64,000 nt of DNA, from assembly GCF_021028975.2 (NCBI RefSeq), contig NC_059439.1:22506001-22570000 (forward strand), written 5' to 3'. Made by a program: the position numbers and the translations under genes. Below are positions 1 through 11,100 of this stretch, in pieces. The notes below the pieces were generated by a model. The model was not told the origin of the DNA and made no database searches. It was given only the letters and a program-made list of their open reading frames with translations. Position 1 is the stretch's first letter, and each line of letters opens with the position of its first letter. The stretch comes from Sphaerodactylus townsendi (Eukaryota).

Positions 1-231
1 AAAGAAAACACTTGGAGCCGCAAATAATTTTTGACATTTAAAATAAAGATAACACTGTATATATTGGGCCTTTTTACCTTTTACTCCACTCATTCTGAGA
101 AGCGCATGGATGCACCCGGCCTTTTGCCTGCAGGGCGGGCAAGGATGAAGCCGGCGGCTCGGCTTGTGGAGCTGCAGTGCAAGGGCAGAAGAGCCGCATG
201 CGGCTCTCGAGCCGCAGGTTCCCTACCTCTA

Positions 232-471
232 GGTTAGAGTGTCAGACTAGGATGTGAGAGAATCAGCTTTGAATCTTTACTCCACCACTGAAGCTCACTG
301 GGTAATCTTGGGCCAGTCACATACTTTGAGCCTAAAATACCTCACAGCATTCTTGTGAGAATTCTAAGCCATTGTGGGTTCCTTTGAAAGAAAAGTGGGG
401 TATAAAGGAAGTGAATGAATGAATGAATGAATGAATGAATGAATGAATGAATGAATGAATGAATGAATGAA
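232..471 (+). mobile_element. Degenerate tRNA-derived SINE with (GAAT)n tail
   Basis: B-box-like TTTGAATC and SINE body; about 15 GAAT units at 413-471 versus about 5 in the paralog near 26263-26283. Confidence 0.6.
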
Positions 472-2144
472 TAGTTTCCAAACATTCTGAATTGCTTTGC
501 CTTGAGAAAGATTCAAGGTGAAGAATGCACTTGGAGTAAAGTGAGGGGTCATTCATGACTACTTGGGACAAAAATGAGATGTGTAAACTCTGGAGGGCTG
601 AAAGATACCCTTTTAGAGAGGGTGGTACATTTTGGAAATCTCTTTCCCATAGGAACTTGCACCAGGATTTTCAGAAGTCTCAAGCATTTGATCACACTGA
701 GGTTTCTCTCCTCCCAAATTAGCTGACATTCATCTGCTCTCAACAGCTCACTTCTGGATTTGTTTGTGTGTGTTTTGCATCCCCTTCTGATTAAAATGTG
801 TGTGTAAAGTGTCATCAAGTCTCAGCTGACTTGTAGCGACCCCCCTCCGGGTTTCAAGGTAAAAGACATTCAGAGGTGGTTTGTCGTGGCCTGCCTCCAT
901 GGGGGCTGAGAGAGTTCTGAGAGAACTATAACTGATCCAAAGTCACCCATGTGGAATAAATGGAGATTGAATCCAGTTCTCCAGATTAGAGTTTGCCACT
1001 CTTAACAGCTACACCACATTGGTTACCTGGATCCAAGAACCACAAGTTTATGCAAATATGAAGTGCAGATGTGCTGGTACACATATGTGTATGTGCACAT
1101 GTGTGTATGTGTGGCATGTATGAGCATCTGTTGTCTCTGTCACGGTGAAGAGAAATCTAACAAAGCTGTCTGTGCTGCCTTTCTTCCTAATAGAGACCTG
1201 AAGCCGCTTACAACGTTTTCCTCTCCTCCATTTTATCCTCACAACGGTCTTATAAGGTAAGTTTATTGGAGAGCGTTTGCTCTCTTTGCCAGCAATAGGG
1301 GCCTCCTTCCTGTCCTTCCTGAAGCACCTGGGGAAACGGTGAGCCTGTTCCCATATGGGATTGCAGTGTTCGAGACCAACAAGAGTTTCAGGGTATAAGC
1401 TTTCAAAAGCCAAAACTCCCTCAGGGAGCTTATACCCAAAAATTCTTGTTACTTTCTACAGTGCTTCTGGATTCAGATCTAACTGGGCTCAAATCTAATT
1501 GTTCTACTGAAGACTAGCATGGCTACCCTGTGAATCAGAGTGAGTTTTGCATGTGTATGCCTACATCCGTCTGTAGGAAAGGGGCAATGCGTGTTCTCTT
1601 TAAAAATTAAACTGAGGACCAGGAGCTGGATGAGTAATTCAAGTTTGGGGTTAAAACAAAGTTCTTAAGTTGTTTGAACATACTGGCATACTGAGGAAGT
1701 TGCACGAAAAACGTTCCATACGCGCGAGACGTTTCTATATAGAACCTACAGAATTGATACATGGACTATATGGAACTGAAGTTTTGTTTCTGAACAAAGA
1801 ATTGAATGGACTAAGTGTTTATTTATGTTTAGTTATAAGAGTTGGAAGACTTATGCTGTATTTTTAAGAACTTTGTCAGAGAAATAAGGAAATGTAAATA
1901 CAAATAGAAGTGTTAAGTTGTTAAATTATATATAAGATTAATATATAAGATTAGACACAGCCAGAATTACTGAACATACATATCAAGAAAGATATGTACG
2001 CTGTTTGGAGTTTCAATGTGTGTTCACTGTAACTTGCAAATCCTCAGATCTATGCTTCTCCAAGTTCAATTAAACGTTCTTCTTGAGTCAGAATTTTAAT
2101 ATTTATCTTTCTGTTTTCTTCCAGAGTTTTTAATAGCTAAAAAA

Positions 2145-3104
2145 ATGGCTAAGGAAACCTCCATCTCAGAGTTCCTGCTCCTTGAATTCTCTGTGGTACG
2201 GGAACATCAGATCCTTCACTTCTTTTTATTTCTGGCATTGTACCTAGCCACAGTCACAGGGAATCTCCTCATCATCTCTGCAGTGGCTTTTGACCGCCGT
2301 TTGCACACTCCTATGTACTTCTTTCTCGTGAATTTGACCTTGCAGGACATTGGCTCAGTTTCAGTCATTATCCCCAAATCCATGTTCAATTTCCTCTTGA
2401 ATACCAGAGACATTTCTTATTCTGGATGTGTAGTTCAAGTTTTCTTTTTGGTGTTCTTTGTGGGGTCTGATGTTTTTCTCCTCACTGTTATGGCATATGA
2501 CCGGTATGTTGCCATTTGCAATCCCTTACAATATGAAGCAGTGATGAACAGACAAGCTTGTACCCAAATGGTTGCCAGTGTATGGATCACTGGCCTTCTT
2601 CATGGTGCACTGCACACAGGTGGCACTTTTGCTGCAACTTTCTGCTCCAATGTTGTTAATCAGTTCTACTGTGAAATCCCACATTTGCTTAAGATCTCAT
2701 GTGGTAGCTCATATGTCATTGAAGTTGGTGCTCTTGCAGTCAGTGTGATTGTACAGTTTGGTTGTTTTGTCTTCATCATTGTTACATATGTGCTGATCTT
2801 TTCTACTGTGCTGAGAATGCCCTCTATTCAGGGAAGGCAAAAGGCCTTTTCCACTTGCCTACCACATCTCATTGTTTTCTCTACATTTATAGTCACTGGG
2901 TGGTTTGCTTACCTGAGGCCTCCCTCTCAAACACCGTCTGATCTAGATTTGGCATTAACTGTGGTCTATACTTTTGTCCCACCCATGATGAATCCCATTA
3001 TTTATAGCATGAGGAACAAGGATATCAAGGTTGCCCTGTCAAAACTATTTGTTGGGCTGGACTCAGCTGAGAAAATCTTGCCTGGTTTTTGTGTGTCTGT
3101 CTGA
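2145..3104 (+). CDS. Olfactory receptor, class II, family-14-like, intact 319 aa (copy A1)
   Basis: Single-exon ORF with OR motifs [40 protein letters not shown] polypyrimidine tract and CAG acceptor (2122-2124) lie just upstream of the ATG. Confidence 0.96.
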   Translation: MAKETSISEFLLLEFSVVREHQILHFFLFLALYLATVTGNLLIISAVAFDRRLHTPMYFFLVNLTLQDIGSVSVIIPKSMFNFLLNTRDISYSGCVVQVFFLVFFVGSDVFLLTVMAYDRYVAICNPLQYEAVMNRQACTQMVASVWITGLLHGALHTGGTFAATFCSNVVNQFYCEIPHLLKISCGSSYVIEVGALAVSVIVQFGCFVFIIVTYVLIFSTVLRMPSIQGRQKAFSTCLPHLIVFSTFIVTGWFAYLRPPSQTPSDLDLALTVVYTFVPPMMNPIIYSMRNKDIKVALSKLFVGLDSAEKILPGFCVSV

Positions 3105-4125
3105 ATGTTGTGTCTGTTCAGTTACTCTCTTTTACACGGGGGACAGATATTTCAGTTGGGCCTACAGTTGAGGTAGAAACAAAATCTGGTTCTCTTACTT
3201 TAGACACCAGTACACATTCCAGTGCAGGGAATCAAGGATATAGGTACGGGGGGGGGAGTTCTCGGGTTCAGACCCCCCCATTGCATGTCCAAAGCTCCAC
3301 CCCCCGTCTGTGGGTTTTTGTATTTTTAAAGTGTTTTTTTATTTTGGCCTGCAGGGGGTGAGGTTTTTAGGCTAGTGGCACCAAAATTTCAGGCTATTGT
3401 CAGGTGACACTCCTGATGATACCAGCCAGGTTTGGTGAAGTTTGGTTCAGGGGGTCCAAAGTTATGGACCCCCAAAGGGGTGCCCCATTCCCCATTGTTT
3501 CCAATGGGAACTAACAGGAGATGGGTTTACCTATTTGAGGGTCCATATCTGTGCACCCCTGAATCAAACTTCACTAAACCTAGGTGGTATCATCAGGATA
3601 GTCTGCTGCTGATACCACCCCGGTTTTGTCCAGGGGGTACAAAGTTATGGACTCCCAAAGCAGATGCCTCCATCACCCATTGTTTCCAATGGAAGCTAAT
3701 AGGAGATGGGAGCTACACCTTTGAGAGTCCATAATTTTGGACCCCATGAACCAAACTTCACCAAACCTGGGTGGTATCTAGAGTTGGCAGATCGGATCCG
3801 GCCGAACTGCAGTTTGGCCCGAGATCCGCTAGTTCGGAGTGTTTTAGACCGGCAAAGGTCCGATCCTGCTCCCTTGAACTATGCTCGATCCGAACGCCAG
3901 TGGTTCGGATCGGGCCCTTCCCCCACCGGGCCCTTCCCCCACCCGAGCGGCGGCTCTTCCGAGCCAGCCGGGGAAAAACTTTAAAGCGGCAGGCGGCTGC
4001 ACCCTCCCCAGACGCTTCCTTCCATACGGAAGGATTTCCAGGGGGGGGACAAACAACCACCCACCCACCCCCTCCGGCAGCGGCGGCGGCGCGCCTCCCA
4101 CCCACCACCCCAGCCGAAACTGCTC

Positions 4126-4562
4126 CCTTCCAAGCCCCTGATCTGCACGCACACACAAGTTGTGTGCGTGCGCGGGGATCGGAGCTTGGAAGCCCCAGGG
4201 GCGACTTTGGGGGAAGGGGAGGGGCTGGCTAGCGGGGCTAGGGAGGGTTGATGGGGGCTCAAGCCCCCAATCACCCTCCCTCGGCACCCTTGCCAGCCCT
4301 GCAGCCTTCAAGCCCCTGATCTGCACGCACACACAAGTTGTGTGCGTGCGCGGATGGGGCTTGGAGGCTGCAGGGGCGACTTTGGGGAAGGGGAGGGGCT
4401 GGCTAGCGGGGCGAGGGAGGGTTGATGGGGGCTCAAGCCCCCAATCACCCTCCCTCGGCACCCTTGCCAGCCCTGCAGCCTTCAAGCCCCTGATCTGCAC
4501 GCACACACAATTGTGTGCGTGCGCGCGGATCGGGGCTTGGAGGCTGCAGGGGCGACTTTGGG
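4126..4562. repeat. GC-rich minisatellite, 174-178 bp unit, about 2.4 copies
   Basis: ATCTGCACGCACACACAA recurs at 4141, 4319 and 4493; each unit contains internal inverted repeats. Confidence 0.85.
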
Positions 4563-4941
4563 GTTAGGGGAGGGGCACACAAGTGTAAGCACCCCCCACA
4601 CACACAAGTGTAAGCACCCACCCACCCATGCCACCCTTCCCACCCAGTTTCCCAACCAATCCCCAGTAAAAAAGATACCCCACTTACCCACTGTCCAGAA
4701 GATTTCTCCATGTACTGCTGAAAGAAAATGCAGGAAGTTAAAGTGCTGCAAAAGTATTGTAAAAAAATTAATACACAATCAAAGACACCCCCCCCCCAGT
4801 TTCTAACCAACTTTGCCCCAAGAATCTCCCTCAACCTCCCTTGTTTGCATTGCCCCCCCCCCAGAAGAGCAGATGGGATAAAGAAGACCTGTATTGCATT
4901 ATTATTTTTTGCTTGGACTCCCCTGCCTTGGATAATGGGTG

Positions 4942-5297
4942 GGGGAAGAATTAGGCCAAATAAAAGGAAACACTTCTTCACTCAACCTGTGATTGGTGTT
5001 TGGAATATGCTGCCACATGAGATGATGATGGCATTGGCCACTCTCCTGGATAGCTTTAAAAGGGGTTGGACAGATTTATGGAGGAGAAGTCGATCTATGG
5101 CTACCAATCTTCTTGATCCTCCTTGATATGAGATTGCAAATGCCTTAGCAGACCAGCAGCAGAAGGCCATTGCTTTCACAGTCTGCCTGTGAGCTCCCAA
5201 AGGCACCTGGTGAGCCACTGTGAGTAACAGAGTGCTGGACTAGTTACGAACATAAGAACATAAGAACTAGCCTACTGGATCAGACCAGAGTCCATCA
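4942..5297 (+). mobile_element. CR1 LINE 3' fragment with locally inverted tail
   Basis: Matches the end of ORF2 (RIRPNKRKHFFTQ) and 3' UTR of the CR1 at 57368-60268; the last ~50 nt (5248-5297) are inverted. Confidence 0.85.
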
Positions 5298-5610
5298 GAC
5301 TGAGTCCCTACAGACACCTTAAAAGTTGGTGGAATGGAGAGAGTTCTGTGATTAGGCCAAGGAATGTTGAAATCAGAAATTTTGAAATCTGTGTTGCACT
5401 GTGATATTTTCAGTATAAGTGGTTTTCCAAATTGTTGCTTCCTTTGTGCTGGCTCCTGCAGTATTGATGTGGTGACTGCGTGGCATCATGCTTGGTAGCA
5501 GAGTCAGTTGTGTCCCCGGCTTGAAGTGTATTGCACAGTGGCTTCATTTTAAGAGGTGGAGGTTTGTAGGGTTTTCCGGGCTGTGTGGCCGTGGTCTGAT
5601 AGATCTTGTT

Positions 5611-5651
5611 CCTAACATTTTGCCTGCATCTGTGGCTGGCATCTTCAGAGG
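5611..5651 (-). ncRNA. Penelope-type minimal hammerhead motif, core mutated (GAAA>AAAA)
   Basis: - strand CCT CTGAAGA TGCCAGCCACAGATGCAGGC AAAA TGTT AGG, inside a PLE terminal fragment (~5570-5690). Confidence 0.6.
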
Positions 5652-5981
5652 TGTATCACAGAGAGAAGTCTATTACACAGTGTCCAGTGATTGAGCAGGC
5701 TTCATGTGTAGGAGCAATGGTGAGACACAGTAAGCCCCTCCAAGTTCTATGGTGGGAAAAATTATTTTTTCCCCACCATAAATTTCAATGGGGCTTGCAG
5801 TTATGCCCAGCTGCCTCAGTGCTGGAGATATTATTGAGGGCTCTTGCGTGTGTCTTGCTCTGGGTGGGGGCACTTATTTTCTGTAGGGCTGCTGGTGTGA
5901 GTCTCCTGAAAGGAACCAGCCAGCTTGGCTAAAGTTTACGTGGGAGGGGCAAATGCTGTGGGCATCCATTGGAATGTGAAC

Positions 5982-6162
5982 CTGATGCCTTAGCAGACCA
6001 GGTGCTCAGGAGCAGCAGCAGCAGCAGAAGGCCGTTGCTTTCACATTCTGCATGTGAGCTCCCAAAGGCACCTGGTGGGCCACTGCGAGTAGCAGAGTGC
6101 TGGACTAGATGGACTCTGGTCTGATCCAGCAGGCTAGTTCTTATGTTCTTATGTTCTTATGT
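5982..6162 (+). mobile_element. CR1 3' UTR fragment with (TTCTTATG)n tail
   Basis: 3' UTR homologous to the long CR1, ending GTTCTTATGTTCTTATGTTCTTATG. Confidence 0.85.
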
Positions 6163-8176
6163 ACACAGTTTCAATGGGAGTCAATGGGTGATAAAGGACC
6201 ACCTGTTAGAGGGTCCATAACTTGGGCCCCCCTGAACCAAACTGCACCAAACATGGGGTGCATGATCATAATAGTGTCTTGAAGACACCCTAATAGTTTG
6301 GTGATTATATCTTTAAAAATGCGCCCCCTGCAGGCACCCCAGGAATTCCCCCATTGAAAGCAATTGAAAAAATTCAATGCAAACCACAGAATCTTGGGCA
6401 AACATCCTGGGGTGCCTGCAGGGGGCGTATTTTTAAAGGTATCGGCATGGAAATTGCAGGGTATCTTTGGAATACTGTTCTGATCATTCATCCCAAGTTT
6501 GGTGCATTTTGGTTTAGGGGGGCCCAAGTTATGGACTCTCAAAGATAGCCCCTACATTCCATTGGCTCCCATTGAAAACAATGGAATATAGGGGCTATCT
6601 TTGAGGATCCATAACTTGGGCCCCCCTGAATCAAACTGCACCAAACCTGGAATGAATGATCAGAACAGTATTCCAAAGATACCCTGCAATTTTCAAGCCG
6701 ATAACTTTAAAAATGCGCCCCATGCAGGCCAAAACAGGGAAAAACAGCAAAAAAATAAAAACGAACCCAAGAATCTCGGAAATTCGGGTGTATCCGAGCC
6801 TGGCAGGCTCGGATAGGGGGGGATCCGACCCCATACATCCGAACTGGACCCGAATCCGAACCGGGGCTGAATTTTTTTCCCATTTACCAACCCTAGTGGT
6901 ATCATCAGGAGTATCCCAAAGATATCCCAAAGATACCCTGAAAGTTTGGTGCTGCTAGCTTAACAATTGTACCCCTGACAGCAGGCACCCCCCAATTTTT
7001 TCCAGATTCTCTTTTTAAATCCACCCCATTCAGCATGGATTTAAAGGGAGAATCTGAGGTCCCCAGTTAAAACATTGAAAGTAATGTTGTTTAAGGGTGG
7101 GGATAATCCACCCCAAAACAGCATCACTTTCAATATTGTTTTATCTGGGGACCTCAGATTCTCCCTTTAAGGTGGATTTAAAAGGAGAATCTGGGCTCCC
7201 TAATTTAAACACTATTGAAAGTGATGCTGTTTGGGGGTGGATTCCAGCATCACAGCAGTCGCCCATGGTGTGTGTGTGCGTGCGCGCGCAAACCTCAAAT
7301 TTTGCACTGAGCTCCATTTTCCCTAGCTTCTGCCTGGAGGGGAGAGAGAAGGGACTGCCAGCTGCCAGCTGGGAGCCCAGCTGGTGGGGGAGGCGGGGTG
7401 GGTGGGTTACGGGAGTCTGCCATCCCCTTGCCTCGGATAACTGCTTTTATAAGCACTTAGGCTGGGGGTGAGGCTTGGGGAGGCATGTCCATGCACACAG
7501 AGGCAGGTGGGGGCGTGGCCTCGCCCCCGAACACCCCCCCACAAAAAATCTATACCTACGTCACTGCAGGGAATGTTAGAATATTTAGCTGCTATATCTT
7601 CTTTCTGCCAAACTTCCATGTAAACAGATAAATCAGTGGTAAACTCTGAATTCTGTAGGAAATGGAAAAGGCTGTATTATAGGACAACTTACATATTTTT
7701 AAGGAATTTTGTTCCTCATCAAAAAGCTGCACATCTCCATGAGTTGTCAAATTAAATGCTCCATGCCAGGGAAGTTGACTTAAAACATAATTACCAATAA
7801 AGCAGGGTGTATTTGGGCTCCTTTTTTCTCTAATTTGTTCTTAAATTATTTTGCTCCATTTCTTTCTAAAGTTGATGGACATAGTTCTGGACTAGGCTCA
7901 GTCCATACACCCTTACTCCTTTATGGTGATGATGCAGTTTTGCTGTCCTGAACACAAGTGGGCTTAAAACATTTGCTGAATTGTTGTGTTGAATATTGTT
8001 TGATAAATACATTGGAACAAAATTTTGAGAAATCAAAAGTCCTTGTCTTCACTGAAACTTGGAAATTTCACAATTGAAGAATGAATGGTAAAGCATAGAG
8101 CAGGTTAAGAAGTTTAAATACCTAGGTATCTATTTTCAGTGTAATGCATTTTGGATCCTTCACCATAGATAAGCCA

Positions 8177-8353
8177 GTTATCTGTGGTGGAATGCTTATC
8201 TACCTGAGACCTATACCCCATCCCTCTCCACACATCAACTTGGCATTTGCTGTCATATATTCTGTACTTCCACGCATGATGAACCCTGTAATTTACAGCA
8301 TGAGAAACAAGGAGATAAAGCTTGCAATGTGCAAACTTTTACACTTGAAGTAG
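8177..8353 (+). pseudogene. Orphan 3' fragment of an olfactory receptor (end of TM6, TM7, C-tail)
   Basis: Translates VICGGMLIYLRP...VIYSVLPRMMNPVIYSMRNKEIK...stop. It begins exactly where homology to the A2 duplicate ends (8176); no 5' part is present. Confidence 0.85.
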
Positions 8354-8688
8354 TTTGGTCAGAATACTTTTTTTTAGTTTATCCTGTAAAAACATAATCA
8401 ATATGCTTTTTAGTGAGGGTTAGCAATGAAAAATAAGTAGAATCATGGTGGATTAAGCCTGGTGGATTAGACCTGGTCATTTAGCCCAGCATCCTGTCTC
8501 ATAGAAGACAAAAATGGTGACCCTGGAGAACCAATAAACAGGGCCTTTTTAAAAGAATCCCCATAAATCAAGTTGTTTCTTTCTCAGACTGAGACCTGCT
8601 ATTAGAAGAAAATTTTAATGCAGTAACGGAGTCAACCTTGGATAGAGGCATGAAAAGAAAAAGAATAAATCCTTCAGTAAAACACTTA

Positions 8689-9112
8689 GGCCGTTTCCGC
8701 TGCAGTGAAGCAGTGAAGGTCGGCGTTAGTGCCCGACCAGGCGCTAGGACCGTCCATGGGCGAGTCCTGAAACTTAACCGGGCAGTGGCGCCGCGGAGTG
8801 CCGGTGCCCGGCTGACCCAGCTTGTCCCTGGGCCTCCAGCGGTGCAGGGCAGGGGGGCGTGTCCCCAGGCCTCGGTGATGCTCCAGAGGCCCAGGGACAA
8901 GATAAGTGCCATGTGGGGGAGGCGGCGTGAAGCCGCTGCCGTTCGCTCGGCAGCGGCTTCCGCGGCGATCAACTCCCAAGCGCTTCCCAGCATCTGCCGG
9001 CTTCAGGCGGTGAGCCGCGAGGGCAGCGCGGCTACGCTGCAGCTGCGCCCCCTGTGCGAATGGCAGCCTGGAGACGGCGTTTTTACCGTCTCCAGGCTAT
9101 CATTTTACGGCC
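8689..9112. mobile_element. GC-rich PIF/Harbinger-like non-autonomous element
   Basis: TTA|GGCCGT...ACGGCC|TTA (3-bp TSD); internal similarity to the elements at 18350, 48556 and 56517. Confidence 0.7.
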
Positions 9113-9326
9113 TTAGTTTTCTCTCCCCCCCCAACCCCTTTATCCCTTTTTCAGTTAATAGATATTTGGAGGATACATTATCAGTCTGAGAAAGATACTT
9201 AGTATTCACAAGTTCACAATACCTTTCCCAGGATGATTTAGTTTTGATCTCAACATTATTGGCAAATGAGATAAGTGATATAAAATAAATAGTGTTATTT
9301 ATGCAGACCATGTCTCAATTTACTTA

Positions 9327-9467
9327 GGCCCCTTCCACACACGCAAAATAATGCATTTTCAAACCACTTTCACAACTGTTTGCAAGTGGATTTTGCCATT
9401 CCGCACAGCTTCAAAGAGCTCTGAAAGCAGTTTGAAAGTGCATTATTCTGCATGTGCGGAATGAGCT
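9327..9467. mobile_element. ~140-bp Harbinger-like MITE family (also 32580-32720, 44460-44600, 46544-46685, 57133-57273, degraded ~52445-52593)
   Basis: TIRs GG(C/T)nnTTCCGCACA / TGTGCGGAAnnnGCC with 3-bp TSDs (TTA at 32577/32721, GAA at 44457/44601, TCT at 57130/57274). Confidence 0.8.
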
Positions 9468-9972
9468 TTAGTTATAGTCAAAACTTTTTTTTAAAAAAAA
9501 AGTCATGGCATTTAAATGGAGTATTAAGGAATAATCTTAAAATTAAGAAGAACTTGGTAAAAACATGGTGTTTTTCTTTACACTCACTCCAGCAGATGGG
9601 CCAGACACTCAAGCGCCAGTCATCCCTCAGCCCCTCCGCAGCAAAAGCTGGATGTTCTGGCTGCAGTGGATCTGTGCTGGCATCCAGAATGGACATCAGC
9701 AGGGGGAAGGGGGCTGGATCATTCCTGGGGGTGAAGACTATGTTAGTTGACTTCTACTCTGGGTTTGTGGCCCATTGTGCTGCAGTCCCAGTCCTTTTGG
9801 GTGGTGTAAATCCATTAGTCCCATGAAGAGCTTTCCAGTTGCAGGGAGGATTTTTGCTTTTTTTTTCTCCTTTCCTGCACCTCCAGCTTCTGCGTTGCTC
9901 TGTAAGCTGGAAAAGAACAAACTTATGCAAATTGACCTATACTCCCTCCATTTTAAAATAAATCATTTAGAT

Positions 9973-10160
9973 CAGTGGTTCTCAACCTGGCGGTCGGGAC
10001 CCCTTTGGGGGGGTCGAACAACCCTTTCACAGGGGCCGCCTAAGACTCTCTGCATCAGTGTTCTTCATCTGTAAAATGGATAAATGTTACGGTTGAGGGT
10101 CACCACAACATGAGGAACTGTATTAAAGGGTTGCGGCATTAGGAAGGTTGAGAACCACTG
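9973..10160. mobile_element. SPIN (Space Invader) hAT non-autonomous MITE
   Basis: TIRs CAGTGGTTCTCAACCT / AGGTTGAGAACCACTG; 8-bp TSD ATTTAGAT; internal GACCCCTTTGGGG...TTTCACAGGGG and CACCACAACATGAGGAACTGTATTAAAGGG match the SPIN/URR1 consensus as I recall it. Confidence 0.85.
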
Positions 10161-10199
10161 ATTTAGATGATGATTTTTTTAAAAAAAAATTGGGATGAA

Positions 10200-10800
10200 G
10201 AAAGTAAATTACCAGCATTAATGGTTAGGAAAAAAGAATCAGTTATTGGGAAAAATAAAGGATGGATCAATTGCATCAATTAACAGCTTCATTTTTAAAA
10301 GGTTTTTACTGAGTATTATCAGCAATCATATAAGGCTTGTGCTCCAGATATAGATAGAATTAAAAATTTCCTAAGTAAACTTAAAATACTTAAATTGGCT
10401 AAGGAACAGAAAAGGTTAATGGATGAAAAAATAAATTTCCATGAAATGATTATAGTAAATCAAAACCTCAAATCAAATAAAGCAGTTGGATCTGATTGTC
10501 TTATGCTGGTGTTTCTTTAACCCCTTGTGTTTAATAAAATTACCCACCAATAACATATTTGAATTGGGATGTTTACGTGAAACATGGATAAAAAGTAAAA
10601 TTATGGCTATTCTTAAACCTCTACAAGCCCCTAACATTACTAGTTCCTACAGGCCTATTAGTTTGCTAAATTTAGATTGCAAAATTGTAGCATCTATATT
10701 AACCAATTGGATGAAATGTATAATTGATTGGTATATACCATCTGAGCAGACTGGTTTCACACCAGCACACCGTATAACAACAAGCATAAAAATTTGAAAG
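10200..10800 (+). mobile_element. Degenerate L1/Tx1-like LINE ORF2 fragment
   Basis: SYRPISLLNLDCKIVASIL...IPSEQTGF, the N-terminal RT region; truncated by the start of block B1. Confidence 0.75.
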
Positions 10801-11100
10801 ACATACAATAATATTCCTGCATTCCTGCATTCCACAATAAAAAGGCAAGTTCAAATATTAGTGGGTAAAATTAGAACTTTATTCATGACAGACCAGTCAT
10901 AGCAGTGTCACTTCACAGCTTCTTAAGTGTGGGGTACTGTAATTAATGGTAGTCAAGTAGTCAAATCTTCAGATTAACTAGTTTATCAGACACAAACTTC
11001 AGCCCGCTCTTTTATGTTGGTGATTTCTCTGATCCTTCTCCATAAGCCAGTATGAAGCAGCGTACAAAGTAAAACAGGACATGAAGATAGACCCCATCAT

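Larger units (their letters stand above)
3779..6895. mobile_element. Non-autonomous hAT (Ac-like TAG ends) element nested in the outer hAT
   Basis: 8-bp TSD GTGGTATC (3771-3778, 6896-6903); TIRs TAGAGTTGGCA / TACCAACCCTA; CGGATCCG/CCGAA subterminal repeats. Confidence 0.85.
3233..7566. mobile_element. Non-autonomous hAT DNA transposon (outer element) with nested insertions
   Basis: 8-bp TSD CAGGGAAT (3225-3232, 7567-7574); imperfect TIRs CAAGGATATAGGTAC / TATACCTACGTCACTG; empty site in the paralog near 28710. Confidence 0.85.
232..8176 (+). repeat. Segmental duplication block A1 (paralog of 26080-29414)
   Basis: Colinear high identity with 26080-29414, apart from the 4.3-kb insertion at 3233-7566 and smaller indels. 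Confidence 0.9.

Noticed and set aside
1251-1262. Perfect donor AAG|GTAAGT as the OR A 5' UTR exon end (also 27011)
   Set aside because: It sits in SINE-like sequence and there is no independent evidence of use; needs transcript data.
1416-1428. Palindromic CTCCCTCAGGGAG as an O/E site for OR A
   Set aside because: It lies in a collapsed repeat (similar to 47318-47530), and sharing with A2 only reflects recent duplication.
3706-4981. Many overlapping 90-220 aa ORFs
   Set aside because: They arise from GC-rich transposon subterminal repeats and the minisatellite; no protein motifs.
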